Positions 9,756 through 18,646 of a stretch of DNA of 64,000 nucleotides are shown here, piece by piece. The stretch comes from a virus. Lineage: Duplodnaviria; Caudoviricetes. How positions within the stretch are numbered: the first letter of the stretch is position 1; each line of letters starts with the position of its first letter. Both the position numbers and the translations under genes were made by a program. The notes under the pieces are model-generated. The model made no database searches and was not told the DNA's origin. It worked only from the letters and a program-made list of their open reading frames with translations. The DNA lies in IMG/VR virus record IMGVR_UViG_3300050645_000186, positions 13,147-77,146 of that record; one strand, written 5' to 3'.

Positions 9756-10958
9756 ATGAGCAAAATTCTTGAACTGCGCGAAAAGCGCGCGAAGGCATGG
9801 GAAGCCGCAAAGGCGTTTCTGGACAGCAAGCGCGGCAACGACGGTCTTTTGACCGCCGAGGACGCTGCCGTTTACGACAAAATGGAGGCCGACGTGGTGG
9901 CGCTGGGCAAGGAGGTCGAGCGCCTCGAGCGTCAGGCCGTAGTCGATCTGGAGCTTGCGAAGCCTACCTCCGCGCCCATCACGGGCAAGCCCGCGCACGC
10001 GCCGGACGGCGAGGCCAAGACCGGCCGCGCCACGGACGATTACAGGCGCGCGTTCTGGAACACCATGCGCTCCAAGGCTGCCCGCCCCGAGATTCTGGAC
10101 GCGCTGCAGATCGGCACCGACTCCGAGGGCGGGTTTCTTGTGCCGGACGAGTTCGAACGCATGCTGGTGGAGGCGCTGCAGGAAGAAAACATATTCCGCT
10201 CCCTCGCCAACGTTATCCAGACCTCCAGCGGCGACCGCAAAATTCCGGTTACCACGACCAAGGGTACCGCGTCGTGGGTGGACGAGGAAGGTCTGATACC
10301 CGAGAGCGACGACGCGTTCGGGCAGGTGTCCATTTCGGCGTTCAAGCTCGCAACCATGCTCAAGGTTTCCGAAGAGCTGTTGAACGACAGCGTGTTCAAC
10401 CTTGAGACTTACATCGCCACCGAATTCGCCCGCCGCATCGGCAACCGCGAGGAGGAATCCTTCTTCATCGGCGACGGTGCGGGTAAGCCCACCGGCGTGT
10501 TCGCTGCGGTCGGCGGCGCGGAGCTGGGCGTGACGGCGGCGAGTGCTACCGCCATCACAGCGGACGAGATCATCGACCTGTTCTACTCGCTCAAATCGCC
10601 CTATCGGAAAAAGGCCGTGTTTGTGACCAACGACGCGACCGTGAAGGCGATCCGTAAGCTCAAGGACAATCAGGGCCAGTACCTCTGGCAGCCGTCCATC
10701 ACGGCGGGCGAACCGGATACCATTCTCAACCGCCCCGTCAAGACCTCCGCATATGTCCCCGTGATCGCGTCGGACTCCAAGCCCATCGCGTTCGGCGATT
10801 TCAAGTATTACTGGATCGCGGACAGGCAGGGCCGCTCTTTCAAGCGCCTCAACGAGCTGTACGCGCCCACCGGTCAGGTCGGGTTCATGGCTTCGCAGCG
10901 CGTGGACGGCAAGCTTATCTTGCCCGAAGCCATCAAGGTGCTGCGCATGAAGGCGTAG
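9756..10958 (+). CDS. HK97-fold major capsid protein
   Basis: Coiled-coil delta domain; GGFLVP; GQYLWQP; FGDF; position after protease. Confidence 0.95.
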   Translation: MSKILELREKRAKAWEAAKAFLDSKRGNDGLLTAEDAAVYDKMEADVVALGKEVERLERQAVVDLELAKPTSAPITGKPAHAPDGEAKTGRATDDYRRAFWNTMRSKAARPEILDALQIGTDSEGGFLVPDEFERMLVEALQEENIFRSLANVIQTSSGDRKIPVTTTKGTASWVDEEGLIPESDDAFGQVSISAFKLATMLKVSEELLNDSVFNLETYIATEFARRIGNREEESFFIGDGAGKPTGVFAAVGGAELGVTAASATAITADEIIDLFYSLKSPYRKKAVFVTNDATVKAIRKLKDNQGQYLWQPSITAGEPDTILNRPVKTSAYVPVIASDSKPIAFGDFKYYWIADRQGRSFKRLNELYAPTGQVGFMASQRVDGKLILPEAIKVLRMKA

Positions 10959-10980
10959 CCGGCGAAGGGCGGTGAACGGC

Positions 10981-11292
10981 ATGGAGCTGCTGGAAAAGGT
11001 CAAAAAGAACCTGATCCTCCAACACGACGAGGATGACGCGCTGTTACAAGGCTACATCACCGCCGCCATTTCATATGCCGAGGGCTTTCAGAAGAAAGCA
11101 CCGGGCAGCTATACCGCCGAGGCCAGCATGACGCCCGCCACAGAGCAGGCAATCGTCATGCTGGCCTCGCTCTTTTACGAGAGCCGGGACGGCGGCACGG
11201 GCGGCTTTTTCGCGGACAGCACGCAGGCGGCGCAGCAGGCGTGGGCGACGGTCGACTTGCTGCTGCGGCTGGACAAGGATTGGCAGGTGTAG
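10981..11292 (+). CDS. Head-tail connector (gp6-like)
   Basis: LLEKVKKNL..HDEDDALL; synteny. Confidence 0.85.
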   Translation: MELLEKVKKNLILQHDEDDALLQGYITAAISYAEGFQKKAPGSYTAEASMTPATEQAIVMLASLFYESRDGGTGGFFADSTQAAQQAWATVDLLLRLDKDWQV

Positions 11293-11295
11293 CGC

Positions 11296-11631
11296 ATGGG
11301 CCTTGGAAAGATGGGTGCATTCATAGACATCGTGGCGGTGACGGCTGCCAAGGATGACGAGGGCTTCGCCACAACGACAGATACGGTGCTCGCAAGCGTC
11401 CGGGCACACAAGGAAACGCGCCAAGGGCGCGCGGTGGGATCGAAGGATGCGGGTGTGTTTACGGCGGCAACGACGCTGTTCCGCTTCCGCGCCATCCCCT
11501 CCCTGAAAATCACAACCGCCCACGCGATACGCTGCGGCGGCGAGAGATACTCCATCGCGAGCGTGGCGGATGTGCGTGGCATGTATGTCGAAGTGCTCGC
11601 GGATATCGTGACCCCCAAAGGAGGCGGATGA
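11296..11631 (+). CDS. Head closure / head-tail adaptor
   Basis: DDEGF...VLASVRA...FRFR; synteny. Confidence 0.8.
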   Translation: MGLGKMGAFIDIVAVTAAKDDEGFATTTDTVLASVRAHKETRQGRAVGSKDAGVFTAATTLFRFRAIPSLKITTAHAIRCGGERYSIASVADVRGMYVEVLADIVTPKGGG

Positions 11632-11632
11632 C

Positions 11633-12064
11633 ATGGCGAAAGCGGAAATCCAGATGCCGGAAGAACTCATGGCCTCTTTGGAGGCGCTGGGCGATAAGAC
11701 GGACGGCATCATACAATCGGCGCTCGAAGCGGGCGCGGAGGTAGTGATTTCAAAAGTGCGCGGCAACCTCGCCTCGGCGATCGGGCGCAATCTCAAGGCG
11801 CGGCGGCGCTCTACGGGCGCACTGCTGGCCGCGTTGGGTGTGTCGCCCGTCAAGATCGACCACAACGGCATCCACAACCTTAAGGTCGGGTTCAGCGAGC
11901 CGCGGCGCGGGGGCGGCGTCAACGCCAAGCTCGCCACCATCCTTGAGTACGGCAAGACGGGCCAGCCCGCAAAGCCGTTTTTGAAGCCCGCGCGTTCGGC
12001 GTCGCACGCGCCCTGCATCGCAGCCATGCAGCAGAAGTTCGAGGAGGAGGTCAACGGCATATGA
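11633..12064 (+). CDS. HK97 gp10-like tail completion protein
   Basis: LEYG...QPAKPFLKPA. Confidence 0.85.
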   Translation: MAKAEIQMPEELMASLEALGDKTDGIIQSALEAGAEVVISKVRGNLASAIGRNLKARRRSTGALLAALGVSPVKIDHNGIHNLKVGFSEPRRGGGVNAKLATILEYGKTGQPAKPFLKPARSASHAPCIAAMQQKFEEEVNGI

Positions 12065-12402
12065 GCCTGTTGAAGGAAGTCAAAGTCGTATTCGACGCGC
12101 TCGGTATCCCGGTGGAAACGGGCACGTTCAGCGACCCTCCACCCGATCGGTACGCGCTTATAACCCCCATGTCGGACGTATACGGGCTGTTCGCGGATAA
12201 CCGGGCGCTGTTTGAAACGCAGGAGGCCCGGCTCTCGCTCTTCGACAAGGGTGCGTACACCTCCTTCAAAAACGCGGTGGTCAAGGCGCTGCTTGCGGCG
12301 GGCCTGACCATAACCGGCCGGATATACCTCGGGCGCGAGGCGGACACCGGCTATCACCACTACGCCATCGACGTGGCAAAAGAATACGCACTGGAGGAAT
12401 AA
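12061..12402 (+). CDS. Tail terminator protein
   Basis: PVETG.F...DTGYHHYAID; synteny. Confidence 0.75.
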   Translation: MSLLKEVKVVFDALGIPVETGTFSDPPPDRYALITPMSDVYGLFADNRALFETQEARLSLFDKGAYTSFKNAVVKALLAAGLTITGRIYLGREADTGYHHYAIDVAKEYALEE

Positions 12403-12403
12403 C

Positions 12404-12991
12404 ATGGCAACGATCGGATTGGACAGGCTGTTCTATTCCGCGATCACGGAAGTGGACGGCATTGAAACATACGGCCCGCCCAAGGTGCTGGCAAAGGCCA
12501 TCAAGGCGGATTTGTCCGTCGAGCTTATCGAAGCGATTTTATATGCGGACGACGGCGCGGCGGAGGTCATAAAGGAATTCAAGAGCGGCAAGCTCAGTCT
12601 CGGCGTGGACGATATCGGCACGCCGGTCGCCGAGGAGCTTACGGGCGCTGTGGCCGATGATAACGGCGTGCTCATATCGGGCAGCGAGGATATCGGCGGG
12701 CCTGTCGCGATCGGCTTCCGCGCGCAGAAGGCCAACGGCAAGTACCGGTATTTCTGGCTGTACCGCGTGATATTCGGCCTGCCCGCCACCAACCTGCAGA
12801 CCAAGGGCGACTCGATATCCTTCCAGACGCCCACGATCGAGGGTACGGTCATGCGCCGCAACAAGCTCGACGCGAGCGGCCGCCACCCGTGGAAGGCCGA
12901 AGTCACAGAGGGCGATCCCAACGTCGTCCCGTCCACCATATCGGAATGGTTCTCCGAGGTGTACGAGCCGATTTTCACTTTGCAGCCATAA
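12404..12991 (+). CDS. Major tail protein (phi13-like)
   Basis: MATIGLD; LYADDG; YRYFWLYRV; FQTPTIEG. Confidence 0.9.
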   Translation: MATIGLDRLFYSAITEVDGIETYGPPKVLAKAIKADLSVELIEAILYADDGAAEVIKEFKSGKLSLGVDDIGTPVAEELTGAVADDNGVLISGSEDIGGPVAIGFRAQKANGKYRYFWLYRVIFGLPATNLQTKGDSISFQTPTIEGTVMRRNKLDASGRHPWKAEVTEGDPNVVPSTISEWFSEVYEPIFTLQP

Positions 12992-13000
12992 GGGGGGCAC

Positions 13001-13387
13001 ATGGACAACGAAAGGACGGCATTCATAGAGATTGGCGGGGACGAGTATGCGCTCGTCCTCACCACGCGCGCGACCAAGGAAATCGCCAAGCGGTACGGCG
13101 GCTTGGAGAACCTCGGCGACAAGCTGCTCAAGGCGGAGGATTTCACGCTCGCCATAGACGAGGTGGTATGGCTTTTGACCCTGCTCGCCAATCAGGGCGT
13201 ACAGGTACACAACCTCCTGCATCCGAAGGACACCCGCGAGCTGCTCACCGAGGAAGCTGTGGAGCTTTTGACCTCGCCTGCCGACTTGGCAAAATACAAA
13301 GGCGCGATCATGGAGGCCATGTATCGCGGCACGGCGCGGCACATTCTGAGCGAGGATGATGGCGGAAAAAACGCGCAGGCCGGGTAA
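13001..13387 (+). CDS. Tail assembly chaperone (gpG-like)
   Basis: Between major tail protein and tape measure; KRYGGLENLG. Confidence 0.85.
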   Translation: MDNERTAFIEIGGDEYALVLTTRATKEIAKRYGGLENLGDKLLKAEDFTLAIDEVVWLLTLLANQGVQVHNLLHPKDTRELLTEEAVELLTSPADLAKYKGAIMEAMYRGTARHILSEDDGGKNAQAG

Positions 13388-13575
13388 GCGACGAGGAGTT
13401 GTTTGCCCGGCTGATTTATTACGGGGTAAGCCAGCTCCACCGCGCAGAGCAGGAAGTGTGGCTCATGCCGCTCGGGCACCTGCTCGATCAATGGGAGGCG
13501 CATAAGCAGTTCCACGGGCTGGCAAAGCCCAAGCGAGAGATGTTTATCGAAGATATCATCCCCTATGGCATTTAG
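13369..13575 (+). CDS. -1 frameshift extension of tail assembly chaperone (gpGT-like)
   Basis: Slippery A AAA AAC at 13366-13372; -1 frame open for 69 codons (VSDEELFARLIYYG...IIPYGI*), homologous to 57099..57305. Confidence 0.8.
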   Translation, partial: KRAGRVSDEELFARLIYYGVSQLHRAEQEVWLMPLGHLLDQWEAHKQFHGLAKPKREMFIEDIIPYGI

Positions 13576-13581
13576 CGATCG

Positions 13582-13608
13582 GGCATTCCATTGCGGGATG
13601 CCTTTTTT
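13582..13608 (+). terminator. Intrinsic terminator-like hairpin before the tape measure gene
   Basis: GGCATTCC-attgc-GGGATGCC-TTTTTT. Confidence 0.5.
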
Positions 13609-13638
13609 GCTGCACTTTTTCAGGAAGGCGGTGACGGC

Positions 13639-16227
13639 ATGGCGGATAATTTTGGCTTGAAGATCGGCGTTGAGGGCGAAAAAGAGTTCAAAAAGGCCCT
13701 GCGCGAGATCAATCAGGAGTTCAAGGTGCTCGGCTCCGAAATGAAGCTGGTCACCTCGCAGTTCGACAAGCAGGACAATTCCGTGCAGGCCGTTACCGCC
13801 CGCAAAAAGGTGCTCACAAAGGAAATCGATGAGCAGAAGGAAAAAATCAGCCTGCTGGAAAAGGCGCTTAAAAATTCATCGGATTCCTTCGGCCAGACGG
13901 ACAGCCGCACCAAGGCATGGGCCGTCCAGCTCAACAACGCCAAGGCCGAGCTTAACGATATGGAGCGCGAGCTGGATAAGAACAACGCCGCGCTCGGGGA
14001 GGCCGAGCAGGGTTTCGCTTCCGCTGGCGAGGGTGTCGAAGAGTTCGGCGGCGCTGTTGAGGAAAGCGCCGACCGGACGGAAAAGGCCGGTGGCAGCTTT
14101 GAAAAGATAGGCGGCGTCCTCAAGGGCATCGGGGTTGCCGTGGGCGCGGCCATCATAGCCATCGGCACGGCGGCGGTCGCCGCCAGCGTGAGCTTGGTAA
14201 AGCTGGGTGACGAATACAATCAGGCGGTCAACCAGATTTCCGCCTCTACCGGCGCGACCGGAGCCGAGCTGGAGGCGCTGGGAGCCGTTGCTCGGAATGT
14301 GTACAAGAAGAACTTCGGCGAAAGCATGGCCGATGTGGCCGAGGGCTTATCGGTCGTCAAGAAAACCACAGGACTTTGGGGTGCTGATCTGGAAAAGGCC
14401 ACGGAGTCCGGGTTTGCTTTGCGGGATACGTTCGGCTTTGAAATGCAGGAATCTGCCCGCGCGGCCGGTGCGCTCATAAAGAACTTCGGCGTGAGCGCCG
14501 AGCAGGCGTACAACATTATTGCGGTGGGCGCGCAGAACGGCGCGGACAAAAACGGCGACCTGCTGGACACCCTGAATGAATACTCCGCGCAGTATTCCGC
14601 GCTGGGCCTGTCCGCCGACCAGTTCATCGCGAGCCTGATCAGCGGTGCGGACGCGGGCGCTTTCTCCATTGATAAAGTAGGCGACGCGGTGAAGGAGTTC
14701 AACATCCGTGCCAAGGATGGCAGCGCCACCACGACGCAGGCGTTTGCGACGCTCGGGATGAACGCGGATGACATGATGCGCCGGTTCGCTTCCGGCGGGG
14801 CGGACGCGCAGGCGGCCTTCTTCGAGGTTGTGAGCGCGCTGAACACCATGGAAGATCCGTTGGCGAAGAACAATGCGGCCGTGGCGCTGTTCGGCACCAT
14901 GTACGAGGATTTGGAAGCCAATGTTCTTCCGGTGCTTTCGAGCATGGCGGACGGCGCACAGCAAAACTACGATGCGCTCTCCCAAATCAATAAAATCAAG
15001 TACAGCGACCTCGACACCGCGATCGAGGGCACAAAGCGTTCCCTGCAGGGTGTGTTTTTGCCCGTGGTCAGCGAGGTATCGGCGGGCATCACCGGCGTAT
15101 TCTCTACGCTCGGCAACGCCATCAACGAAGCGAACGGCGATTTTGAACAGATCGCTGCGGCCATCGGTACAGCGATCGGCGACGTTGCCGACATCATCGT
15201 GGAAAAGATGCCGATGTTTCTTGAGCTGGGTCTTAATATCGTCATGGCCATCGGCGGCGCGATCATCGAAAACCTGCCCATGCTGATCGAGGCGTCGGTG
15301 AATATCATCATGACGCTGCTCACCGCGCTGATCGAAGCGCTTCCCCGGATCACGGAGGCAGCGGTGACGCTTGTGCTCACTTTGGTGCAGGGGATTATAG
15401 CAAATCTGCCCGCACTGGTAGAGGCGGCCATTCAAATGATCGTGACGCTGGCGACGGGCTTGGCCGATTCGCTGCCGGAACTGATCCCCTCCATCGTGGA
15501 GGCTATCATTCTCATTGTACAGGTGCTCATACAGAACATGCCCAAGATACTCGACGCGGCGCTCAAGATCATTCAGGGCTTGGCGCAAGGACTTTTAAAC
15601 GCCCTGCCCAAGCTCGTGGACGCGCTGCCTAAGATCATAACGGCGATCATCGACTTCATCGTGAACAACCTGCCCAAGATCATCGAAATGGGCATATCGC
15701 TCACCGTGCAGCTTGCCGTGGGCCTGATTCAGGCCATTCCCCAGCTTGTCAAAGCAATCCCGCAGATCATTTCGGCGATCATCGACGGCTTGGGCAAGGC
15801 GCTCGGCGCGGTGTGGGAAATCGGTAAAAACATCGTCACGGGCCTGTGGAACGGCATCCAAAGCATGGCCTCGTGGATCAAGAGCAAGGTCAGCGATTTT
15901 GTGGGCGGCATCGTCAGCGGTATCAAGGGTGTGCTCGGCATCCGCTCGCCCTCCACCGTGTTCGCCGGGATAGGCGGCCACATGGCGGAGGGCCTTGGCG
16001 TGGGCTTCACAAAGGCCATGGACAGCATACGCCGGGATATGTACGGGGCAATACCGACAGATTTCGATGTGGATGCGCGTCTCGGCACAAGCGGAAGACC
16101 GAACGGTGCGTCCGGCGGCACCACCATCCACCAGAGCATATCGGTGGTCACGCCCAAGGCGCTCAGTGAGCGGGAGCTTTCCCGCGAGTTCAAGAACCTA
16201 TCACGCAAATTGGCGCTGGAACTGTAA
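13639..16227 (+). CDS. Tape measure protein (862 aa)
   Basis: MADNFGLKIG; central DLLDTLNEYS domain; Leu/Ile-rich 11-residue repeats; HGIRSPS-like C-terminal motif (LGIRSPS). Confidence 0.93.
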   Translation: MADNFGLKIGVEGEKEFKKALREINQEFKVLGSEMKLVTSQFDKQDNSVQAVTARKKVLTKEIDEQKEKISLLEKALKNSSDSFGQTDSRTKAWAVQLNNAKAELNDMERELDKNNAALGEAEQGFASAGEGVEEFGGAVEESADRTEKAGGSFEKIGGVLKGIGVAVGAAIIAIGTAAVAASVSLVKLGDEYNQAVNQISASTGATGAELEALGAVARNVYKKNFGESMADVAEGLSVVKKTTGLWGADLEKATESGFALRDTFGFEMQESARAAGALIKNFGVSAEQAYNIIAVGAQNGADKNGDLLDTLNEYSAQYSALGLSADQFIASLISGADAGAFSIDKVGDAVKEFNIRAKDGSATTTQAFATLGMNADDMMRRFASGGADAQAAFFEVVSALNTMEDPLAKNNAAVALFGTMYEDLEANVLPVLSSMADGAQQNYDALSQINKIKYSDLDTAIEGTKRSLQGVFLPVVSEVSAGITGVFSTLGNAINEANGDFEQIAAAIGTAIGDVADIIVEKMPMFLELGLNIVMAIGGAIIENLPMLIEASVNIIMTLLTALIEALPRITEAAVTLVLTLVQGIIANLPALVEAAIQMIVTLATGLADSLPELIPSIVEAIILIVQVLIQNMPKILDAALKIIQGLAQGLLNALPKLVDALPKIITAIIDFIVNNLPKIIEMGISLTVQLAVGLIQAIPQLVKAIPQIISAIIDGLGKALGAVWEIGKNIVTGLWNGIQSMASWIKSKVSDFVGGIVSGIKGVLGIRSPSTVFAGIGGHMAEGLGVGFTKAMDSIRRDMYGAIPTDFDVDARLGTSGRPNGASGGTTIHQSISVVTPKALSERELSREFKNLSRKLALEL

Positions 16228-16236
16228 GGAGGCCGC

Positions 16237-17088
16237 ATGCACATCACATATGAAAACAGCGGCGGAGAAACGCTCACCCTGCGCCAGCGCCGCCCGTACT
16301 TCCTCACAAGCGTGGATGGTACAGGGCAGACACGGCAAAACATACTCACCTTCAAAGCGCCGAATCAGGACGGCGCTTTTTATATTTCCGGCACATTGGA
16401 CATGCGCAACATCACGCTGGAGGGCACGATCGTTGCGGGCAGCACCGACGAGGCGGCAATGCTGCGACAAAGGCTGCTGCGTATCTTTTCCCCCAAGAAG
16501 GCGGGGGTGCTCACGTTTCGCGGCAAGCGCATCCCCTGCAGCGTGGAGGAGGTCGCCTTCGCCCAGCGCAGCAGCGCGCGCACGCCTTCCTTTTTTATCT
16601 CTCTGCTCTGTCCCTCGCCGTTCTTCGAGGACATCGACGAGCTGCGCGTGGAACTTGCGGCATGGACGGCCAAGTTCCGCTTTCTCTTCGAAATCCCCGA
16701 GACCGGCATGGAGTTCGGCGCGCGTGAGCCGAGCCAGATCATATTTGTCGACAACGACGGCGATGTGCCCTGCGGGTGCAGCATCCAGTTCCGGGCGCTG
16801 GGCAGCGTCGTGAACCCCGAGCTCATGAACGTGGACACCGGCGAGGTCATGCGGATTCTTCGCACCATGACGCCCGGCGAGCAGATCACGGTGGACACGC
16901 ACTTTGCCGCCAAACGCGTGCGCAGCGTCATGGGAGGTGTGACGGCGAACGCGTTCCCGGACGTGGATACCGCGTCCACGTTCCTGCAATTGGGCGTGGG
17001 CCGCAACACGCTGCGCTACAGCGCGGCCGAGAACATGGACATGCTGGAGGTCACCATTTTCTTCCGGCCGCAGTATTTGGGGGTATAG
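16237..17088 (+). CDS. Distal tail protein (Dit)
   Basis: Follows tape measure; LLCPSPFF; FLQLGVGRNTLRY. Confidence 0.85.
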   Translation: MHITYENSGGETLTLRQRRPYFLTSVDGTGQTRQNILTFKAPNQDGAFYISGTLDMRNITLEGTIVAGSTDEAAMLRQRLLRIFSPKKAGVLTFRGKRIPCSVEEVAFAQRSSARTPSFFISLLCPSPFFEDIDELRVELAAWTAKFRFLFEIPETGMEFGAREPSQIIFVDNDGDVPCGCSIQFRALGSVVNPELMNVDTGEVMRILRTMTPGEQITVDTHFAAKRVRSVMGGVTANAFPDVDTASTFLQLGVGRNTLRYSAAENMDMLEVTIFFRPQYLGV

Positions 17089-17089
17089 C

Positions 17090-18127
17090 ATGGAGCTTTA
17101 TATATTCGGCGCGGATCGCAGCCTGCTGGGCGTGATCGAGGCATATGAGCACCTGCAATGGACACGGAAGTACAGCGCATGCGGCAGTTTCACGCTTCGC
17201 GCCATTGCGGATACCAACAATCTGAACCTATTGCGCATGGGGCACATCCTGTGGAAGAACGACGATGCCGAGGCCGGGATCATAGACCACATCGAGCTAA
17301 ACGCACAGGAGCAGGAATACATCACCGTCGGTGGGCGGTTTGCGACCGGGCTGCTGGCCCGCAGGATCATCTGGCATACGGAGATGCTGCAGGGCAATCT
17401 CTCGACCGCTGCCGCGCAGCTTCTCGCCAACCATGTGATCGCTCCGTCCGACCCGGACAGGGCGATTTCTGGTATGAGCTTCATTTCGTCACCCCTGTCC
17501 CAAACCGTAACAACGCAGGTTTCCTATCGGAACCTGCTTACCACCGTCGAGGAGTTATGCGCCGCCTGCGACGTGGGCCTGCGCACGGCGTTCGACCCGA
17601 TCACAAGGCTGCTCACCGTCACGCTGTACGAGGGCAGAAGCACTTCGGCGGTATTTTCCAGAGAGTTTGAAAACCTCACCGAACAGGTGTACACGCACAG
17701 CGCGCGGGACTACGCGTGCGTGGCGCTGGTCGGCGGCGAGGGCGAAGGCGAGCTGCGCACAATGGTCACTTCCGGCACCGGCAGCGGCCTTGGCCGGTAC
17801 GAGGTGTTCGTGGACGCAAAATCGCTGCGCAGTGAGGACTTCGGAGAAGGGTACGCGGCCGCGCTTATCCAGCACGGGGATATCCGGCTCAAGGAACTCG
17901 GCGTGGCGCAGAGCTTTGACGCGACGCTCCACAACCAAGGAAATCTGCGCTACCGGGAGGATTTCGACCTGGGCGATATCGTGACGGTGGTTTCCCCGCG
18001 CTGGGGCATATCCATGCGCACGCGCATTACGGAAATCGAGGAAACCTACGGCGCTGACGGTAGGCACATCGACATTGTGCTCGGGCGTGGCGCGCTCACG
18101 CTCGCACAAAAGCTCAAGGGGGTATAA
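17090..18127 (+). CDS. Baseplate hub / minor tail protein (ReqiPepy6 Gp37-like)
   Basis: WTRKY..CGSF; GGEGEG; DFDLGDIVTV..RITEIEE. Confidence 0.8.
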   Translation: MELYIFGADRSLLGVIEAYEHLQWTRKYSACGSFTLRAIADTNNLNLLRMGHILWKNDDAEAGIIDHIELNAQEQEYITVGGRFATGLLARRIIWHTEMLQGNLSTAAAQLLANHVIAPSDPDRAISGMSFISSPLSQTVTTQVSYRNLLTTVEELCAACDVGLRTAFDPITRLLTVTLYEGRSTSAVFSREFENLTEQVYTHSARDYACVALVGGEGEGELRTMVTSGTGSGLGRYEVFVDAKSLRSEDFGEGYAAALIQHGDIRLKELGVAQSFDATLHNQGNLRYREDFDLGDIVTVVSPRWGISMRTRITEIEETYGADGRHIDIVLGRGALTLAQKLKGV

Positions 18128-18129
18128 CC

Positions 18130-18633
18130 ATGGAAAAGAGCGGTTTTTTCAACTCGTCCGGCGGCGACCGCGTGTACGACGCTTCGGACTTCGCCGGGTA
18201 TTTCGCCAAGCTGGTCACCAACGGCATCTTTTACGTCGATACCAATAACCTCAAGGTCGCGGCCTCCGACGGCATGCATGTGCTTGTGGCTCCGGGCAGC
18301 GCGTGGATCAGGGGCTATGCATATGAAAACACGCTCCCGCTGGAGCTGACACTCGCTACGGCCAACGGCGCGCAGCCGCGCATTGACCGGGTGGTGCTGC
18401 GCTTGAGCAACGTGGACAGGAACATCGCGCTCACGATAAAGACCGGCGCGGCGCTGGAAATTCCCATACCGCCCGCCCTGACGCGCACCGTCGAAGTGTA
18501 CGAGCTGGGGCTTGCGGATGTGCTCGTGGGCAAGGGCGTGGTGTCGATCACGCAGGATAAGATCACGGACACGCGGCTTGATTCCGCGCTGTGCGGCACG
18601 GTGAATTCCCTGATCACCGCCGTGTACGAGTAA
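18130..18633 (+). CDS. Baseplate / minor structural protein
   Basis: MEKSGFFNS.GDR.Y; PRIDRVVLR; YELGLAD; homologous to 61776..62279. Confidence 0.75.
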   Translation: MEKSGFFNSSGGDRVYDASDFAGYFAKLVTNGIFYVDTNNLKVAASDGMHVLVAPGSAWIRGYAYENTLPLELTLATANGAQPRIDRVVLRLSNVDRNIALTIKTGAALEIPIPPALTRTVEVYELGLADVLVGKGVVSITQDKITDTRLDSALCGTVNSLITAVYE

Positions 18634-18646
18634 GGCGGTGTGAGAT

